Of a stretch of 61,118 nucleotides of DNA, positions 18,675 through 28,119 are shown piece by piece (within the stretch, counting starts at the first letter, position 1; the number at the start of each line of letters is the position of its first letter). Both the position numbers and the translations under genes were made by a program. Source of the stretch: Arenimonas sp. (lineage in GTDB: Bacteria; Pseudomonadota; Gammaproteobacteria; Xanthomonadales; Xanthomonadaceae); contig DAORUD010000001.1 of assembly GCA_035433005.1 (NCBI GenBank), positions 1-61,118 of the forward strand, written 5' to 3'. A model generated the notes under the pieces. That model did not search any database. It was not told the DNA's origin and was given only the letters and a program-made list of their open reading frames with translations.

Positions 18675-19555
18675 GCCACGGCTCCGGAGCGGACGGCGGT
18701 TACGAAGATGTCTTCCAGCGCCATCGGGTCGGCGCGCTGTACCTGCAGGCCTTGGGCAGCCAGGCGCGCGGGCAGGCCGTCGTCCCAGATGCGTGCCTTG
18801 ATTTCCACCAGGCTGCCGTTGGCGCGGGCCATGGCGATTTCCGGCCACGCGTCCAGGCCTGCGGGCAGTGCGCCCTGGCAGACGATGCGGCGCCAGCGGT
18901 CGACGAAGCTGTGCTTGTCGTCGGACGCCACCAGGCGGCCCTGGTGCAGGAAGGTGATGTTGTCGGCCAGCTGTTCGACGTCGTGGGTGTTGTGCGACGA
19001 GAACAGCACGCTGCGGCGCTCGTCGCGCAGCACGTCGGCCAGGGCTTCGAGCACTTCGATGCGGGCCACCGGGTCCAGGCCGGTGGTGGGTTCGTCCAGC
19101 AGCAGCAGGCGCGGGCGGCGGGCCAGGCACAGCAGCAGCAGGGCCTTCACGCGCTGGCCGTGCGAGTAGCCGCCCACGGGCTGTTCGGCGCGCAGTTCGA
19201 AGCGCTTGGTCAGGTCGGCCGCGTAGCCTTCGTCCCAGCCGGGGTAGATGCGGCGGATCAGGTCCATGTGCCAGTGCAGGGTCTGGCCGCGGTACAGGCG
19301 CATGTCTTCCGAAGCGAAGCCGATGTCGCGCTTGGCGGCCACCTGGGCCGCAGGCAGGCGGTGGCCCAGCACGGTCACTTCGCCGGCGTCGGCCGAGGCC
19401 AGGCCGGTGAGCAGGCGCAGCAGGGTGGTCTTGCCGGCGCCGTTCACGCCCACCAGGCCCATCACCTGGCCTTCGGGCAGATCCAGCGTGATGTCCTGCA
19501 GGGCGAAGTGCGGGTAGCGCTTGGCGATGCCGGACAGGGAAAAGGCGAGGCTCAT
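18671..19555 (-). CDS. ABC transporter ATP-binding protein
   Basis: Walker A GVNGAGKTT, signature YSHGQ, Walker B LLLLDEPT, SSH switch. Confidence 0.93.
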   Translation of the reverse strand: MSLAFSLSGIAKRYPHFALQDITLDLPEGQVMGLVGVNGAGKTTLLRLLTGLASADAGEVTVLGHRLPAAQVAAKRDIGFASEDMRLYRGQTLHWHMDLIRRIYPGWDEGYAADLTKRFELRAEQPVGGYSHGQRVKALLLLCLARRPRLLLLDEPTTGLDPVARIEVLEALADVLRDERRSVLFSSHNTHDVEQLADNITFLHQGRLVASDDKHSFVDRWRRIVCQGALPAGLDAWPEIAMARANGSLVEIKARIWDDGLPARLAAQGLQVQRADPMALEDIFVTAVRSGAVA

Positions 19556-19992
19556 GGCGTGTTTCCTTGCGGGGTGGCGGGGCCGGTGTGGCCGGCCGCG
19601 TCGGTTGGGGTGGGGTCGGCGGCCTGGTCGAGCAGCCGGTGCAGGTCGCTGCGGGGCAGGCCGAGGCGGGCGGCGCAGGCCAGCAGGGCGGCGAGCTGGC
19701 GGTGCAGCTCTTCGTGCATGAGCGCGGTGGGCAGGTCGCCGCGCTCGGCCACCACCGAGCCCTTGCCCTGGCGGGTGGCGATGACGCCGGCGCGCTCGAG
19801 CTCTTCGTAGGCGCGGCGCACGGTGATCACGCTGACCCGGCTGGCCGCGGCCAGCTCGCGGATGGACGGCAGCGACTGCCCGGCCGTCCAGTCGCCGCCC
19901 ATCACCTTGGCGGTGACCTGGTCGACGATCTGCTGGTACATCGGCCGCGGATCGCTGGCGGACAGGAAGAGTTCGGGGTTCACGGGCGCCAC
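19552..19992 (-). CDS. GntR-family (YtrA-like) regulator
   Basis: PMYQQI..LPSIRELA..SVITVRRAYEELE..GKGSVV; short C-terminus; precedes ABC genes. Confidence 0.92.
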   Translation of the reverse strand: MAPVNPELFLSASDPRPMYQQIVDQVTAKVMGGDWTAGQSLPSIRELAAASRVSVITVRRAYEELERAGVIATRQGKGSVVAERGDLPTALMHEELHRQLAALLACAARLGLPRSDLHRLLDQAADPTPTDAAGHTGPATPQGNTP

Positions 19993-20023
19993 TGTGCTGC
20001 CGGAGTATGCACAGTATGCACAG
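19992..20023 (-). promoter_or_regulatory. putative YtrA-type autoregulatory operator overlapping -10
   Basis: Inverted repeat CTGTGC-N11-GCACAG (19992-20014); direct repeat AGTATGCAC x2 (20004-20021) giving CATACT -10-like hexamers next to the GTG start. Confidence 0.55.
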
Positions 20024-20045
20024 CCAGCCGGGAGCGCGCAACGGT

Positions 20046-20184
20046 AACGGGGTCAGATCAACTTCCCGGGGCAGTAACGGGGCAAGAACGGGGTCAGATC
20101 AACTTCCCGGGAGAGCGACGCACCGAAGCGCCAGGACCGGTCTCCCGGGAAGTTGATCTGACCCCGTTCTTGCCCCGTTACTGC
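20046..20184. repeat. REP/MITE-like palindromic element P1
   Basis: 44-bp perfect inverted repeat (20071-20114 / 20141-20184); extra 25-bp direct copy AACGGGGTCAGATCAACTTCCCGGG at 20046-20070. Confidence 0.9.
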
Positions 20185-21212
20185 GGCTCTTCGTCGGGGA
20201 CGGGGATCAGCAGGGTGAACACCGTATGCCCCGGCCGCGAGCGGTAGCTCAGCGAGCCGCGGTGTTCGCGCGCCACCTGCTGCGCCAGCGGCAGCCCCAG
20301 GCCGCTGCCTTCGGCGCGCCCACTCACCAGCGGCAGGAAGATGCGTTCGGCCAGGTCGTCGGGCACGCCGCGGCCGTCGTCGGCGATTTCGACGCGCACC
20401 ACGAGTTTGTGCGCGGCGTCGCCGATCAGCAGGTGGTGTTCGGCGCGCGTGCGCAGCTGCACCTGCGAGGCGCCCGATTCCAGGGCGTTGCGCACCAGGT
20501 TCCAGAGCGCCTGCACCAGGCGGTCGGCGTCGCCGGGGAACTCGGGCAGGGACGGGTCGAAGTCGCGCACGATCCTGATGGCCCAGCCCGCCTCCACTTC
20601 GGCCAGCCGGCGCACGCGCTCGAGCACGGCGTGGATGTTGGTGGGGTGGAAGGCGTGCGGCGGCGCGGGGTTGAGCAGGCGCTCGACCAGGGCGGCCAGG
20701 CGGTCCACTTCGGCATCAATCAGGCCCACCAGTTCGCGCGCGTCGTCGGTGTCCACGCGGCGGCCCAACAGCTGGGCGGCGCCCTTCATGCCGGCCAGCG
20801 GATTGCGGATCTCGTGCGCCAGGCCCTTGAGCGCGGCGGACAGCGCGGCCGGAAGCAGGGTGGCCGGGTCTTCGCCGGGGAATTCGTCGGCGGGGTGTAC
20901 TTCGATGCGCACGCCGCCGTCGTCGGTGCGCGCCAGCCACAGTTCGGCGAAGCGCTCGGTGCCGCCGGGGAAGGCCAGGCGCGCGCGGCGCACGCGCACC
21001 GCTTCGCCGGTGTCGGGCAGGCGCGGCAGCAGTTCGGCCAGGCGGCTGCCTTCGCCGTCGAGTTCGGCCAGGGCCAGCCCGACCAGCCGCCGCACGCTCA
21101 CGCCCAGCCAGCTGGCGAAGGCGGGGTTGCAGCCCAGCAGCCGGCCTGCCGCATCGGCCCAGGCGATGGGCGTGGCGAGGGCATCGGCCAGAGGGGCGTC
21201 GGGCGGGCTCAT
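20178..21212 (-). CDS. ntrB: nitrogen regulation sensor kinase NtrB
   Basis: PAS domain, GLAHEIRNPL, RDFDPSLP, IFLPLVSGRAEGSGLGL; downstream of glnA. Confidence 0.92.
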   Translation of the reverse strand: MSPPDAPLADALATPIAWADAAGRLLGCNPAFASWLGVSVRRLVGLALAELDGEGSRLAELLPRLPDTGEAVRVRRARLAFPGGTERFAELWLARTDDGGVRIEVHPADEFPGEDPATLLPAALSAALKGLAHEIRNPLAGMKGAAQLLGRRVDTDDARELVGLIDAEVDRLAALVERLLNPAPPHAFHPTNIHAVLERVRRLAEVEAGWAIRIVRDFDPSLPEFPGDADRLVQALWNLVRNALESGASQVQLRTRAEHHLLIGDAAHKLVVRVEIADDGRGVPDDLAERIFLPLVSGRAEGSGLGLPLAQQVAREHRGSLSYRSRPGHTVFTLLIPVPDEEPQ

Positions 21213-21229
21213 CGCACCATCATAGTGCG
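21213..21229. promoter_or_regulatory. NtrC binding site abutting the ntrB start
   Basis: CGCACCATCATAGTGCG matches GCAC-N7-GTGC. Confidence 0.75.
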
Positions 21230-21261
21230 CTGCCCCACCCCCGGAACATCGCGCAAAACAA

Positions 21262-21330
21262 GAACGGGGTCAGGTTCACTTCTTTTCACTAACCATTTGT
21301 TAGTGAAAAGAAGTGAACCTGACCCCGTTC
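21262..21330. repeat. REP/MITE-like palindromic element P2 (may also act as glnA terminator)
   Basis: 32-bp perfect arms GAACGGGGTCAGGTTCACTTCTTTTCACTAAC, 5-nt loop, AT-rich core. Confidence 0.9.
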
Positions 21331-21340
21331 CTTGCCGCGA

Positions 21341-22750
21341 TTACAGGCCGTAGTAGAGCTGGTATTCGAGCGGGTGGGTGGCGGCGCGGAACTTGGTCAC
21401 TTCCTGCATCTTCAGGGCGATGTAGCCGTCGATGAAGTCGTCGGTCATCACGCCGCCGGCCTTGAGGAACTCGCGGTCGGCGTCCAGCGCGGCCAGGGCC
21501 TGGTCCAGCGAGTGGCAGACGGTGGGGATGTTCTTCTCTTCTTCCGGCGGCAGGTCGTAGAGGTCCTTGTCGCTGGGCGCGCCCGGGTCAATCTTGTTCT
21601 TGATGCCGTCCAGGCCGGCCATCATCAGCGCGGTGAAGATGAGGTAGCCGGAGTTCATCGGGTCCGGGAAGCGGATCTCGATGCGGCGCGCCTTCGGGTT
21701 GGCCACGTACGGAATGCGGCAAGAGGCCGAGCGGTTGCGGGCCGAGTAGGCCAGCATCACCGGCGCTTCGAAGCCCGGCACCAGGCGCTTGTACGAGTTG
21801 GTGGTGGAGTTGGAGAAGGCGTTGATGGCGCGCGCGTGCTTGAAGATGCCGCCGATGTACCACAGCGCCATCTGGCTCAGGCCGCCGTAGCCGTCGCCGG
21901 TGAACAGGTTGGTGCCGCCCTTGGCCAGCGACTGGTGCACGTGCATGCCGCTGCCGTTGTCGCCGACCATCGGCTTGGCCATGAAGGTGGCGGTCTTGCC
22001 GTTGCGGTGGGCGACGTTGCGGATGATGTACTTCATCATCATCAGTTCGTCGGCCTTCTTCACCAGCGAGTTGAACTTGGTGCCGATCTCGCACTGGCCG
22101 GCGTTGGCCACTTCGTGGTGGTGCACTTCCACTTCCTGGCCGGCGGCCATCAGCAGCTTGCACATCTCGGCGCGGATGTCGTGCAGCGAGTCGGTGGGCG
22201 CGACCGGGAAGTAGCCGCCCTTCACGCCCGGGCGGTAGCCGCTGTTGCCGCCTTCGTACTTCTTCTTGCTGTTCCAGGCCGCTTCCTCGGAATCGATCTC
22301 GAAGAAGGTGTGGCCCATGTCGTTGCCGAAGCGCACCGAGTCGAAGATGAAGAACTCGGGCTCCGGACCGAAGTAGGCCTGGTCGGCGATGCCGCTGGCC
22401 TTGAGGTAGGCCTCGGCGCGCTTGGCGATGCCGCGCGGGTCGCGCGAGTAGCCCTGCATGGTGGCCGGGTCGAGCACGTCGCAGACCAGGATCAGGGTCG
22501 GGTCGGCGGTGAACGGGTCCATGACCGCGGTGTCCGGATCCGGCAGCAGCACCATGTCGGATTCGTTGATGCCCTTCCAGCCCGAGATGGACGAGCCGTC
22601 GAACATCTTGCCGTCCTCGAACAGCGCCGGCTCGATGATCGACACCGGGAAGGTGACGTGGTGGTGCACGCCGCTCATGTCGGCGAAGCGCAGGTCGACG
22701 AACTCGACCTCGTGGTCCTTGATCAGCTTTTCGATGTGGGCGTACGACAT
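21341..22750 (-). CDS. glnA: glutamine synthetase type I
   Basis: [39 protein letters not shown], adenylylation site KDLYDLP; 469 aa from MSYAHIE. Confidence 0.98.
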   Translation of the reverse strand: MSYAHIEKLIKDHEVEFVDLRFADMSGVHHHVTFPVSIIEPALFEDGKMFDGSSISGWKGINESDMVLLPDPDTAVMDPFTADPTLILVCDVLDPATMQGYSRDPRGIAKRAEAYLKASGIADQAYFGPEPEFFIFDSVRFGNDMGHTFFEIDSEEAAWNSKKKYEGGNSGYRPGVKGGYFPVAPTDSLHDIRAEMCKLLMAAGQEVEVHHHEVANAGQCEIGTKFNSLVKKADELMMMKYIIRNVAHRNGKTATFMAKPMVGDNGSGMHVHQSLAKGGTNLFTGDGYGGLSQMALWYIGGIFKHARAINAFSNSTTNSYKRLVPGFEAPVMLAYSARNRSASCRIPYVANPKARRIEIRFPDPMNSGYLIFTALMMAGLDGIKNKIDPGAPSDKDLYDLPPEEEKNIPTVCHSLDQALAALDADREFLKAGGVMTDDFIDGYIALKMQEVTKFRAATHPLEYQLYYGL

Positions 22751-22788
22751 GCGGGCGACTCCGGCGGGGTGTGGGATGCCTTGGTATG

Positions 22789-22805
22789 AGCAAGCCGCGT
22801 GCCAA
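22789..22805 (-). promoter_or_regulatory. sigma54 promoter of glnA
   Basis: TTGGCACGCGGCTTGCT = TGGCAC-N5-TTGC. Confidence 0.9.
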
Positions 22806-22819
22806 GCCGGACCCTGGCC

Positions 22820-22832
22820 CAAGTGATTGATT
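22820..22832 (-). promoter_or_regulatory. IHF binding site
   Basis: AATCAATCACTTG matches WATCAANNNNTTR; lies between enhancer and sigma54 promoter. Confidence 0.75.
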
Positions 22833-22865
22833 TCAATAACCCGGCCTGGCGACGCGAGCGCAATG

Positions 22866-22914
22866 CGCACCATGATGTGGCAGCGATAAGGACAACCTGC
22901 ACCGTGTTGGTGCG
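22866..22914. promoter_or_regulatory. tandem NtrC enhancer sites
   Basis: CGCACCATGATGTGGCA (22866-22882) and TGCACCGTGTTGGTGCG (22898-22914), 32 bp apart. Confidence 0.8.
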
Positions 22915-22974
22915 CTTCGTGCCCCGCCACCGCTCGCGATATGCTTCGGCCACTGCCCCGACCCGTAAACGCCC

Positions 22975-23769
22975 TTGAACGACCTGCTCGCCTCCCTGCT
23001 GCTCGGCATGCTCGAGGGGCTCACCGAATTCCTGCCCATCTCCAGCACCGGCCACCTGCTGATTGCCCAGCACTGGCTGGGCGCGCGCTCGGACCTGTTC
23101 AACATCGTCATCCAGGCCGGCGCCATCCTGGCCATCACCCTGGTCTACCGGCAGCGCCTCTGGACGCTGGCCACGGGGCTGGGGCAGGTGGAACACCGCA
23201 CCTACGCGCTCAAGATCGCGGCCGCGTTCGCGGTGACCGCGGTGGTGGGCCTGCCGGTGCGCCTGCTGGGCTGGGAGCTGCCGGAAACGGTGACGCCCGT
23301 GGCCTGGGCCCTGATCGTCGGCGGCGTGTGGATGCTGGCGGCCGAGCGCCATGCCGACGGCCGGCCCGCGTCGAGCGAGATCACCTGGACCATCGTGGTG
23401 GCCGTGGGCCTGGCCCAGGTGGTGGCGGGCGTGTTCCCCGGCACGTCGCGGTCGGCGGCGGCGATCTTCATCGCCATGCTGCTGGGCCTGACGCGCAAGC
23501 CGGCGGCCGCCGAGTTCGTGTTCCTGGTCGGCATTCCCACCATGTTCGCGGCCAGCGGATATGCGCTGCTGGAAACCTTCCTGGACGGCGGCGCCGGCGG
23601 CGAAGACTGGGCCGGCCTGGCCGTGGCCTTCACCGCGGCCACCGCCACCGGCTTCCTGACGGTGCGCTGGCTGCTGGGCTATATCGCCACGCACCGCTTC
23701 GCGCCCTTCGCCTGGTACCGCATCGGCCTGGGCGTGGCGCTGCTGCTCGGCCTGCCGGCCGGCAGCTGA
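22975..23769 (+). CDS. uppP: undecaprenyl-diphosphate phosphatase
   Basis: [15 protein letters not shown] and PGTSRS motifs; TTG start. Confidence 0.95.
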   Translation: MNDLLASLLLGMLEGLTEFLPISSTGHLLIAQHWLGARSDLFNIVIQAGAILAITLVYRQRLWTLATGLGQVEHRTYALKIAAAFAVTAVVGLPVRLLGWELPETVTPVAWALIVGGVWMLAAERHADGRPASSEITWTIVVAVGLAQVVAGVFPGTSRSAAAIFIAMLLGLTRKPAAAEFVFLVGIPTMFAASGYALLETFLDGGAGGEDWAGLAVAFTAATATGFLTVRWLLGYIATHRFAPFAWYRIGLGVALLLGLPAGS

Positions 23770-23775
23770 TCCGCC

Positions 23776-25800
23776 TCAGCTGAGCGGGTAGCCCAGGCGC
23801 ACGGCCACCGGGGCCAGGCGCGCGAAGGCTTCGCTGAAGGGCCCGGCGTACTTGCGCCAGTGGCCGGCCGGGAACTGCGAGGCGTTGCCCTGCAGCGCGG
23901 CCAGCGGCTCGGAGAGGCCCAGCAGCTTCTCGATGGCTTCGCCGGCCTCGGCCGCATCAACGTCCAGGCGGGCCAGCACGACCTTGTCCGGATGCGCGTC
24001 GCGGTGGTCGGCCAGGGCTTCGAAGCTGGCGGCCAGCCAGTCGGCGGCCATGGTGGCTTCGGGCGCCACCACGTACTGCTGCACGCTGCCGTGCACCATC
24101 CAGTTCAGCAGCGCGTCGCGCGGGTCGGTCAGCAGCACCAGCACGCGTGCGCCGCGCAGCGAGGCCAGGGTGTAGGCGTCCAGGTGCGGCATCACGTCCA
24201 CCACCTGCGACGGCTCGGCGCCGGCGTCGCGCATGCCCTGGGTCCAGGTGGCGGCGGTGCCGGCCTCGGGATCGCCCGGCGGCCAGCGCACCAGGCCGAA
24301 GCCGTCGCCCGGCTGCACCGCCGACAGGCGGTCCACCCGCAGGCGCGAGCCCAGCGCGGTCAGCAGCGAACCCAGCACGGCCTCGGCGCGCACGCCCACC
24401 GGTGCCCAGAGCAGCGTGCCTTCGATCTCGCCTTCGCCGGCGAACTGCGCCGGCACCTGCTGCGGCGGCGGCAGCTGGTTGCCCGGCAGCGCGATGACGC
24501 GGCGCCAGCGCTCGGCGGCCTCGTCGAAGCGGCCCAGCGCGTCCAGGGCCATGCCGGCCCAGCCGTTGAGGGCGCGCTGCACGTCGGCGTTGCCGGCGGC
24601 GGTGCCGGCCAGCATCTTGTCGGCCTGCGCCAGCGCGACTTCGGGCGTGCCGTCAATGTGGGCCTGGATCTTGATCATGCCGCTGAGGTACAGCAGCGGG
24701 TTGATGGCCAGCGCGCGGTCGGCCCAGGCTTCGGCCTGCGCCATGTCGCCCTGGGCCAGGTGGTAGTTGGCGATCATTTCCATGCAGGCGGCGCTGGCGG
24801 GGTTGGCCGCGTGCCAGCGGTCGAGCAGGTCCTTGGCGTCTTCCTGCAGGCGGCCGGAAATGTTCAGGCGGATCATCCACAGGTCGTCGTTGCCGGGCGA
24901 CAGGGCGAGCGCGGCCTCGGTGCGCGCCAGGGCTTCGTCCAGCAGGCCGTTCTCGGCCAGGATCAGCACCGCGAAGCCCAGCGTCACCGCATGGCCAGGG
25001 CTGCGGTCGAGGATGTGGCGGTAGTCGTCGAGGGCCTGCAGCGCGCGGCCGGTGGCGGCCAGCAGTTCGCCGCGCACGCCGCGCACGGTCAGGTCGTCGG
25101 GGTTGCGCTGGATCATTTCGTCCAGGGCTTCGATGGCGCCGTCCACGTTGCCCTGCCTGCGGCGGGCCTGCACCAGCGAGCGCAGGGTGGCCAGCGAACG
25201 CGTGGGGTCCAGGCGCAGCGCGTTGCTGAGCGCCTGTTCGGCGAACGGCCACATCTGCCGCGACAGGTAGGCCTTGCCCAGGGCCACCTGGGCTTCGTGC
25301 AGGTTCGGGTCGGATTCGGCGGCCACGGTGAAGCAGCGCAGCGCCAGGTCGGCATCGCCGCGCACCTGGGCCAGGTAGCCCTGGGCGATGATGACCTGCG
25401 GGTGGTTGGGGTTCACGCGCTGGGCCAGGCGCAGGTTGCGGTCGGCTTCGTCCAGGTCGCGCCGGGCCATGGCCAGGTGCACCAGGGTGACGTAGGCGCC
25501 CAGCTGGTTGGGGTCGAGCTGCAGCGACTGCCTGAGGCCGGCTTCGGCGGCGTCGGAGTTGCCTTCGGCCAGGTCGAGCGAGGCCAGGCTGAAGTGCAGC
25601 GCCGACTGGTCGGGCGCCAGCGCCAGGGCGCGCTCCAGCGCGGTGCGGGCGCCGGCCAGGTCGCCGCTGTGGCGCAGGCAGATGCCGTAAAGGTGCTGGG
25701 CGGCGGAGTTGTCGGGTTCGGCGGCGACCAGGTCGCGGGCGGTCCGGAGGGCGGTGGCGTAATCGCCACGGCGCATGGCCTCGGTGATGTTGGCGAGCAT
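23776..25800 (-). CDS. TPR-repeat protein with degenerate sulfotransferase-like C-terminus
   Basis: Many TPR units; DPRDALLNW and GHWRKY..LGY tail. Confidence 0.8.
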   Translation of the reverse strand: MLANITEAMRRGDYATALRTARDLVAAEPDNSAAQHLYGICLRHSGDLAGARTALERALALAPDQSALHFSLASLDLAEGNSDAAEAGLRQSLQLDPNQLGAYVTLVHLAMARRDLDEADRNLRLAQRVNPNHPQVIIAQGYLAQVRGDADLALRCFTVAAESDPNLHEAQVALGKAYLSRQMWPFAEQALSNALRLDPTRSLATLRSLVQARRRQGNVDGAIEALDEMIQRNPDDLTVRGVRGELLAATGRALQALDDYRHILDRSPGHAVTLGFAVLILAENGLLDEALARTEAALALSPGNDDLWMIRLNISGRLQEDAKDLLDRWHAANPASAACMEMIANYHLAQGDMAQAEAWADRALAINPLLYLSGMIKIQAHIDGTPEVALAQADKMLAGTAAGNADVQRALNGWAGMALDALGRFDEAAERWRRVIALPGNQLPPPQQVPAQFAGEGEIEGTLLWAPVGVRAEAVLGSLLTALGSRLRVDRLSAVQPGDGFGLVRWPPGDPEAGTAATWTQGMRDAGAEPSQVVDVMPHLDAYTLASLRGARVLVLLTDPRDALLNWMVHGSVQQYVVAPEATMAADWLAASFEALADHRDAHPDKVVLARLDVDAAEAGEAIEKLLGLSEPLAALQGNASQFPAGHWRKYAGPFSEAFARLAPVAVRLGYPLS

Positions 25801-25812
25801 GGGAATCTTCGG

Positions 25813-26829
25813 CTAAACGGAAGCCCCGATTGTAGCGCGAGCGGCGCCGTCGGCCGCGGCCACCAGCCGGGCCGTGACCCAGCGCTCGGCGTAGCCGCGC
25901 AGGTGGATGCCCTCCAGGAAGCCGCAGTGGCCGCCGAAACGGGCGATTTCCAGGTGCGAATGGGCCGGCAGCCGCAGCACGGGGAAACCGGCCACCGGGA
26001 TGACCGGGTCGTCGGCCGCGGCCAGCACGCTCACCGGCACCTGCAGCCCGGCCAGGCGGTCGCCGGCGACCGCATACCCGTCGAAGTAGTCCTCGACGTC
26101 GGCCTTGGTGGTGTGGCGCTCCACCAGCCAGCGGGTGAGGCCACGCATGTCCTGGGCCAGCACCGCGTCGTCGAAATCATGCCGGTGCGGGAACAGCGCG
26201 CGCTTGCGCAGCAGCGAGCTGCGCCACTTCTTCATGAAGTACCAGTGGTAGAACGGCGGCCCGGACTCCAGCGTGCGCATGACCGCCGACGGGTCGATGG
26301 CCGGGCACACCGCCGCCGCGTGCACCAGCGGGATGCCCGCCGCGGGCGCGGCCAGCGCCAGCCGCAGCGCGAAGTTGCCGCCCAGCGAATAGCCCGCCGC
26401 CACCATCGGCCGCGACGGGAAGCGCCGCGACACCTCCACCGCGGCCTGCACCACTTCGGACAGCCGGCACGAGTGGAACAGGCCTTCGTTGAGGTGGTGG
26501 GTGTCGCCGTGGTCGCGGAAGTTGAGCCGGAACACTTCGAAACCGCTGGCCAGCAGGTGCGCGGCCGTGTGGCGCATGTAGCTCGACTCGGTGCTGCCCT
26601 CCCAGCCGTGCAGCAGCAGGGCCAGGCCGCGGCTGTCCTGGCCGGGCACCCGGCTGTGGAAGCCCTGCAGGCGCACGCCGTCCTCGACTTCGATGATGTG
26701 TTCGGTGGTGCGGGCGCCGACGCGCTGCAGCGCGCGCTGGCCGGCGGCGCGGCGCAGCGGCATCGAACTGAGCACCGACTGCAGGTGCGGGTTGCGCAGC
26801 CAGCGCGGCGGCCGGTACTCACCCACCAT
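25813..26829 (-). CDS. YheT-family alpha/beta hydrolase
   Basis: NPHLQS, LHGWEGS, GYSLGG nucleophile, DDPVI, GGHCGF. Confidence 0.9.
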   Translation of the reverse strand: MVGEYRPPRWLRNPHLQSVLSSMPLRRAAGQRALQRVGARTTEHIIEVEDGVRLQGFHSRVPGQDSRGLALLLHGWEGSTESSYMRHTAAHLLASGFEVFRLNFRDHGDTHHLNEGLFHSCRLSEVVQAAVEVSRRFPSRPMVAAGYSLGGNFALRLALAAPAAGIPLVHAAAVCPAIDPSAVMRTLESGPPFYHWYFMKKWRSSLLRKRALFPHRHDFDDAVLAQDMRGLTRWLVERHTTKADVEDYFDGYAVAGDRLAGLQVPVSVLAAADDPVIPVAGFPVLRLPAHSHLEIARFGGHCGFLEGIHLRGYAERWVTARLVAAADGAARATIGASV

Positions 26830-26832
26830 GGC

Positions 26833-27624
26833 TCAGCCCGCCATGGCCGCCACGATGCGATCGCGGCAGGTTTCGGCCATTCGCCGGCGGCCGTCCTCGC
26901 TGGACGCCACCGGCTCGAGGAAATGCACCTCGGCCACGCGGCCGGGCTCGCCCAGCAGGCGCAGGAAGTTCTGCAGGAAATTTTCCCGCTCGCCGAAGGC
27001 CACGGTGGTTTGCGCGTCGCCGCGCAGGCCGTACTTCAGCGCCACCGGCTGCGCCGGTACGCCCGCCAGCACCGCGGGCTGGAAGATGCGCGCGTGGAAG
27101 GTGCCGATGGCGTCGCCGCGGGTGGTGCGGCCTTCGGGGAACACGCCCACGGCCAGGCCCTGTTCCAGGCGCTGCACCATCTGGTGCATCACGCCATGCA
27201 GCGAGTCGTTGCTGCCGCGGTGGTGGTAGATGGTGCCGCCTCGGCTGGCCACCCACCCCACCAGCGGCCAGCGCGAGATCTCGGCCTTGGCCACGAAGCC
27301 CATCATGCGCTGGCTGTGCACCAGCACGATGTCTATCCAGCTGACGTGGTTGGCCACGAACAGCGCCGCGCCCGGCAGCGGCGTGCCGTAGCGGCGCACG
27401 CGCATGCCGAAGATGGCCATCATCGTGCCCGACCACCAGCGGATCATCCGGTGGTCGAGCCGTTCGCCGCGCATTTCAAGGCGCGCCGAGAGCGGGTTGA
27501 TCATCAGCAGGGTCAGCGGCAGCCCCAGCACGATATGCAGGGCCAGCAGCGGCGAACGCCAGAGGTAGCGCAGCGGGCGCCGCCAATCGCGCGGCAGGCC
27601 GGCCGATTCAGTGTGAGCAGACAT
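26833..27624 (-). CDS. lysophospholipid acyltransferase (PlsC family)
   Basis: ANHVSWID and VFPEGRT motifs. Confidence 0.9.
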   Translation of the reverse strand: MSAHTESAGLPRDWRRPLRYLWRSPLLALHIVLGLPLTLLMINPLSARLEMRGERLDHRMIRWWSGTMMAIFGMRVRRYGTPLPGAALFVANHVSWIDIVLVHSQRMMGFVAKAEISRWPLVGWVASRGGTIYHHRGSNDSLHGVMHQMVQRLEQGLAVGVFPEGRTTRGDAIGTFHARIFQPAVLAGVPAQPVALKYGLRGDAQTTVAFGERENFLQNFLRLLGEPGRVAEVHFLEPVASSEDGRRRMAETCRDRIVAAMAG

Positions 27625-27683
27625 TGCAGGCATTGTGCCGCAGCCGGGCCGAGTAAACACCCGACGCGGGGGTATCGTCGGGA

Positions 27684-28112
27684 TCAGCGCCCGACCACGG
27701 CCGCCGTCATGCGCGAAAGGCAGGCCAGGCGGCCCTGTTCGTCTTCGATGCGGATTTCCCAGACCTGGGTGGCGCGGCCCAGGTGCACGGGCCGCGCGGT
27801 GCCGGTGACCACGCCCTGCCTGACGGCGCGCAGGTGGTTGGCATTGATCTCGATGCCGGCCGCCTGCTGGCCCGCTTCGGGGTCCAGGCACAGCCAGCCG
27901 GCCAGGCTGGCCAGGGTTTCGGCGAACAGCACCGACGAACCGCCGTGCAGCAGCCCGAACGGCTGCCGGGTACGCGCATCCACCGGCAGCGTGCCGCGCA
28001 GGAAGTCGGGACCCACTTCGGTGATGGTGATGCCCAGGCTTTCGCCGGCGGTGCCGGCGAGCAGCCGGGTGAGCGACTCCGGCGACGGACGGTGCCGGAA
28101 CGGGTCGCCCAC
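27684..28112 (-). CDS. hotdog-fold thioesterase (PaaI/MenI-like)
   Basis: QPFGLLHGGSSV..ETLAS and GIEINANHL. Confidence 0.9.
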   Translation of the reverse strand: MGDPFRHRPSPESLTRLLAGTAGESLGITITEVGPDFLRGTLPVDARTRQPFGLLHGGSSVLFAETLASLAGWLCLDPEAGQQAAGIEINANHLRAVRQGVVTGTARPVHLGRATQVWEIRIEDEQGRLACLSRMTAAVVGR

Positions 28113-28119
28113 GTCGGTA

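Noticed and set aside
20046-20184. Repeated 25-bp unit as a possible CRISPR array
   Set aside because: Only two direct copies plus one inverted copy, no regular spacers, no cas genes
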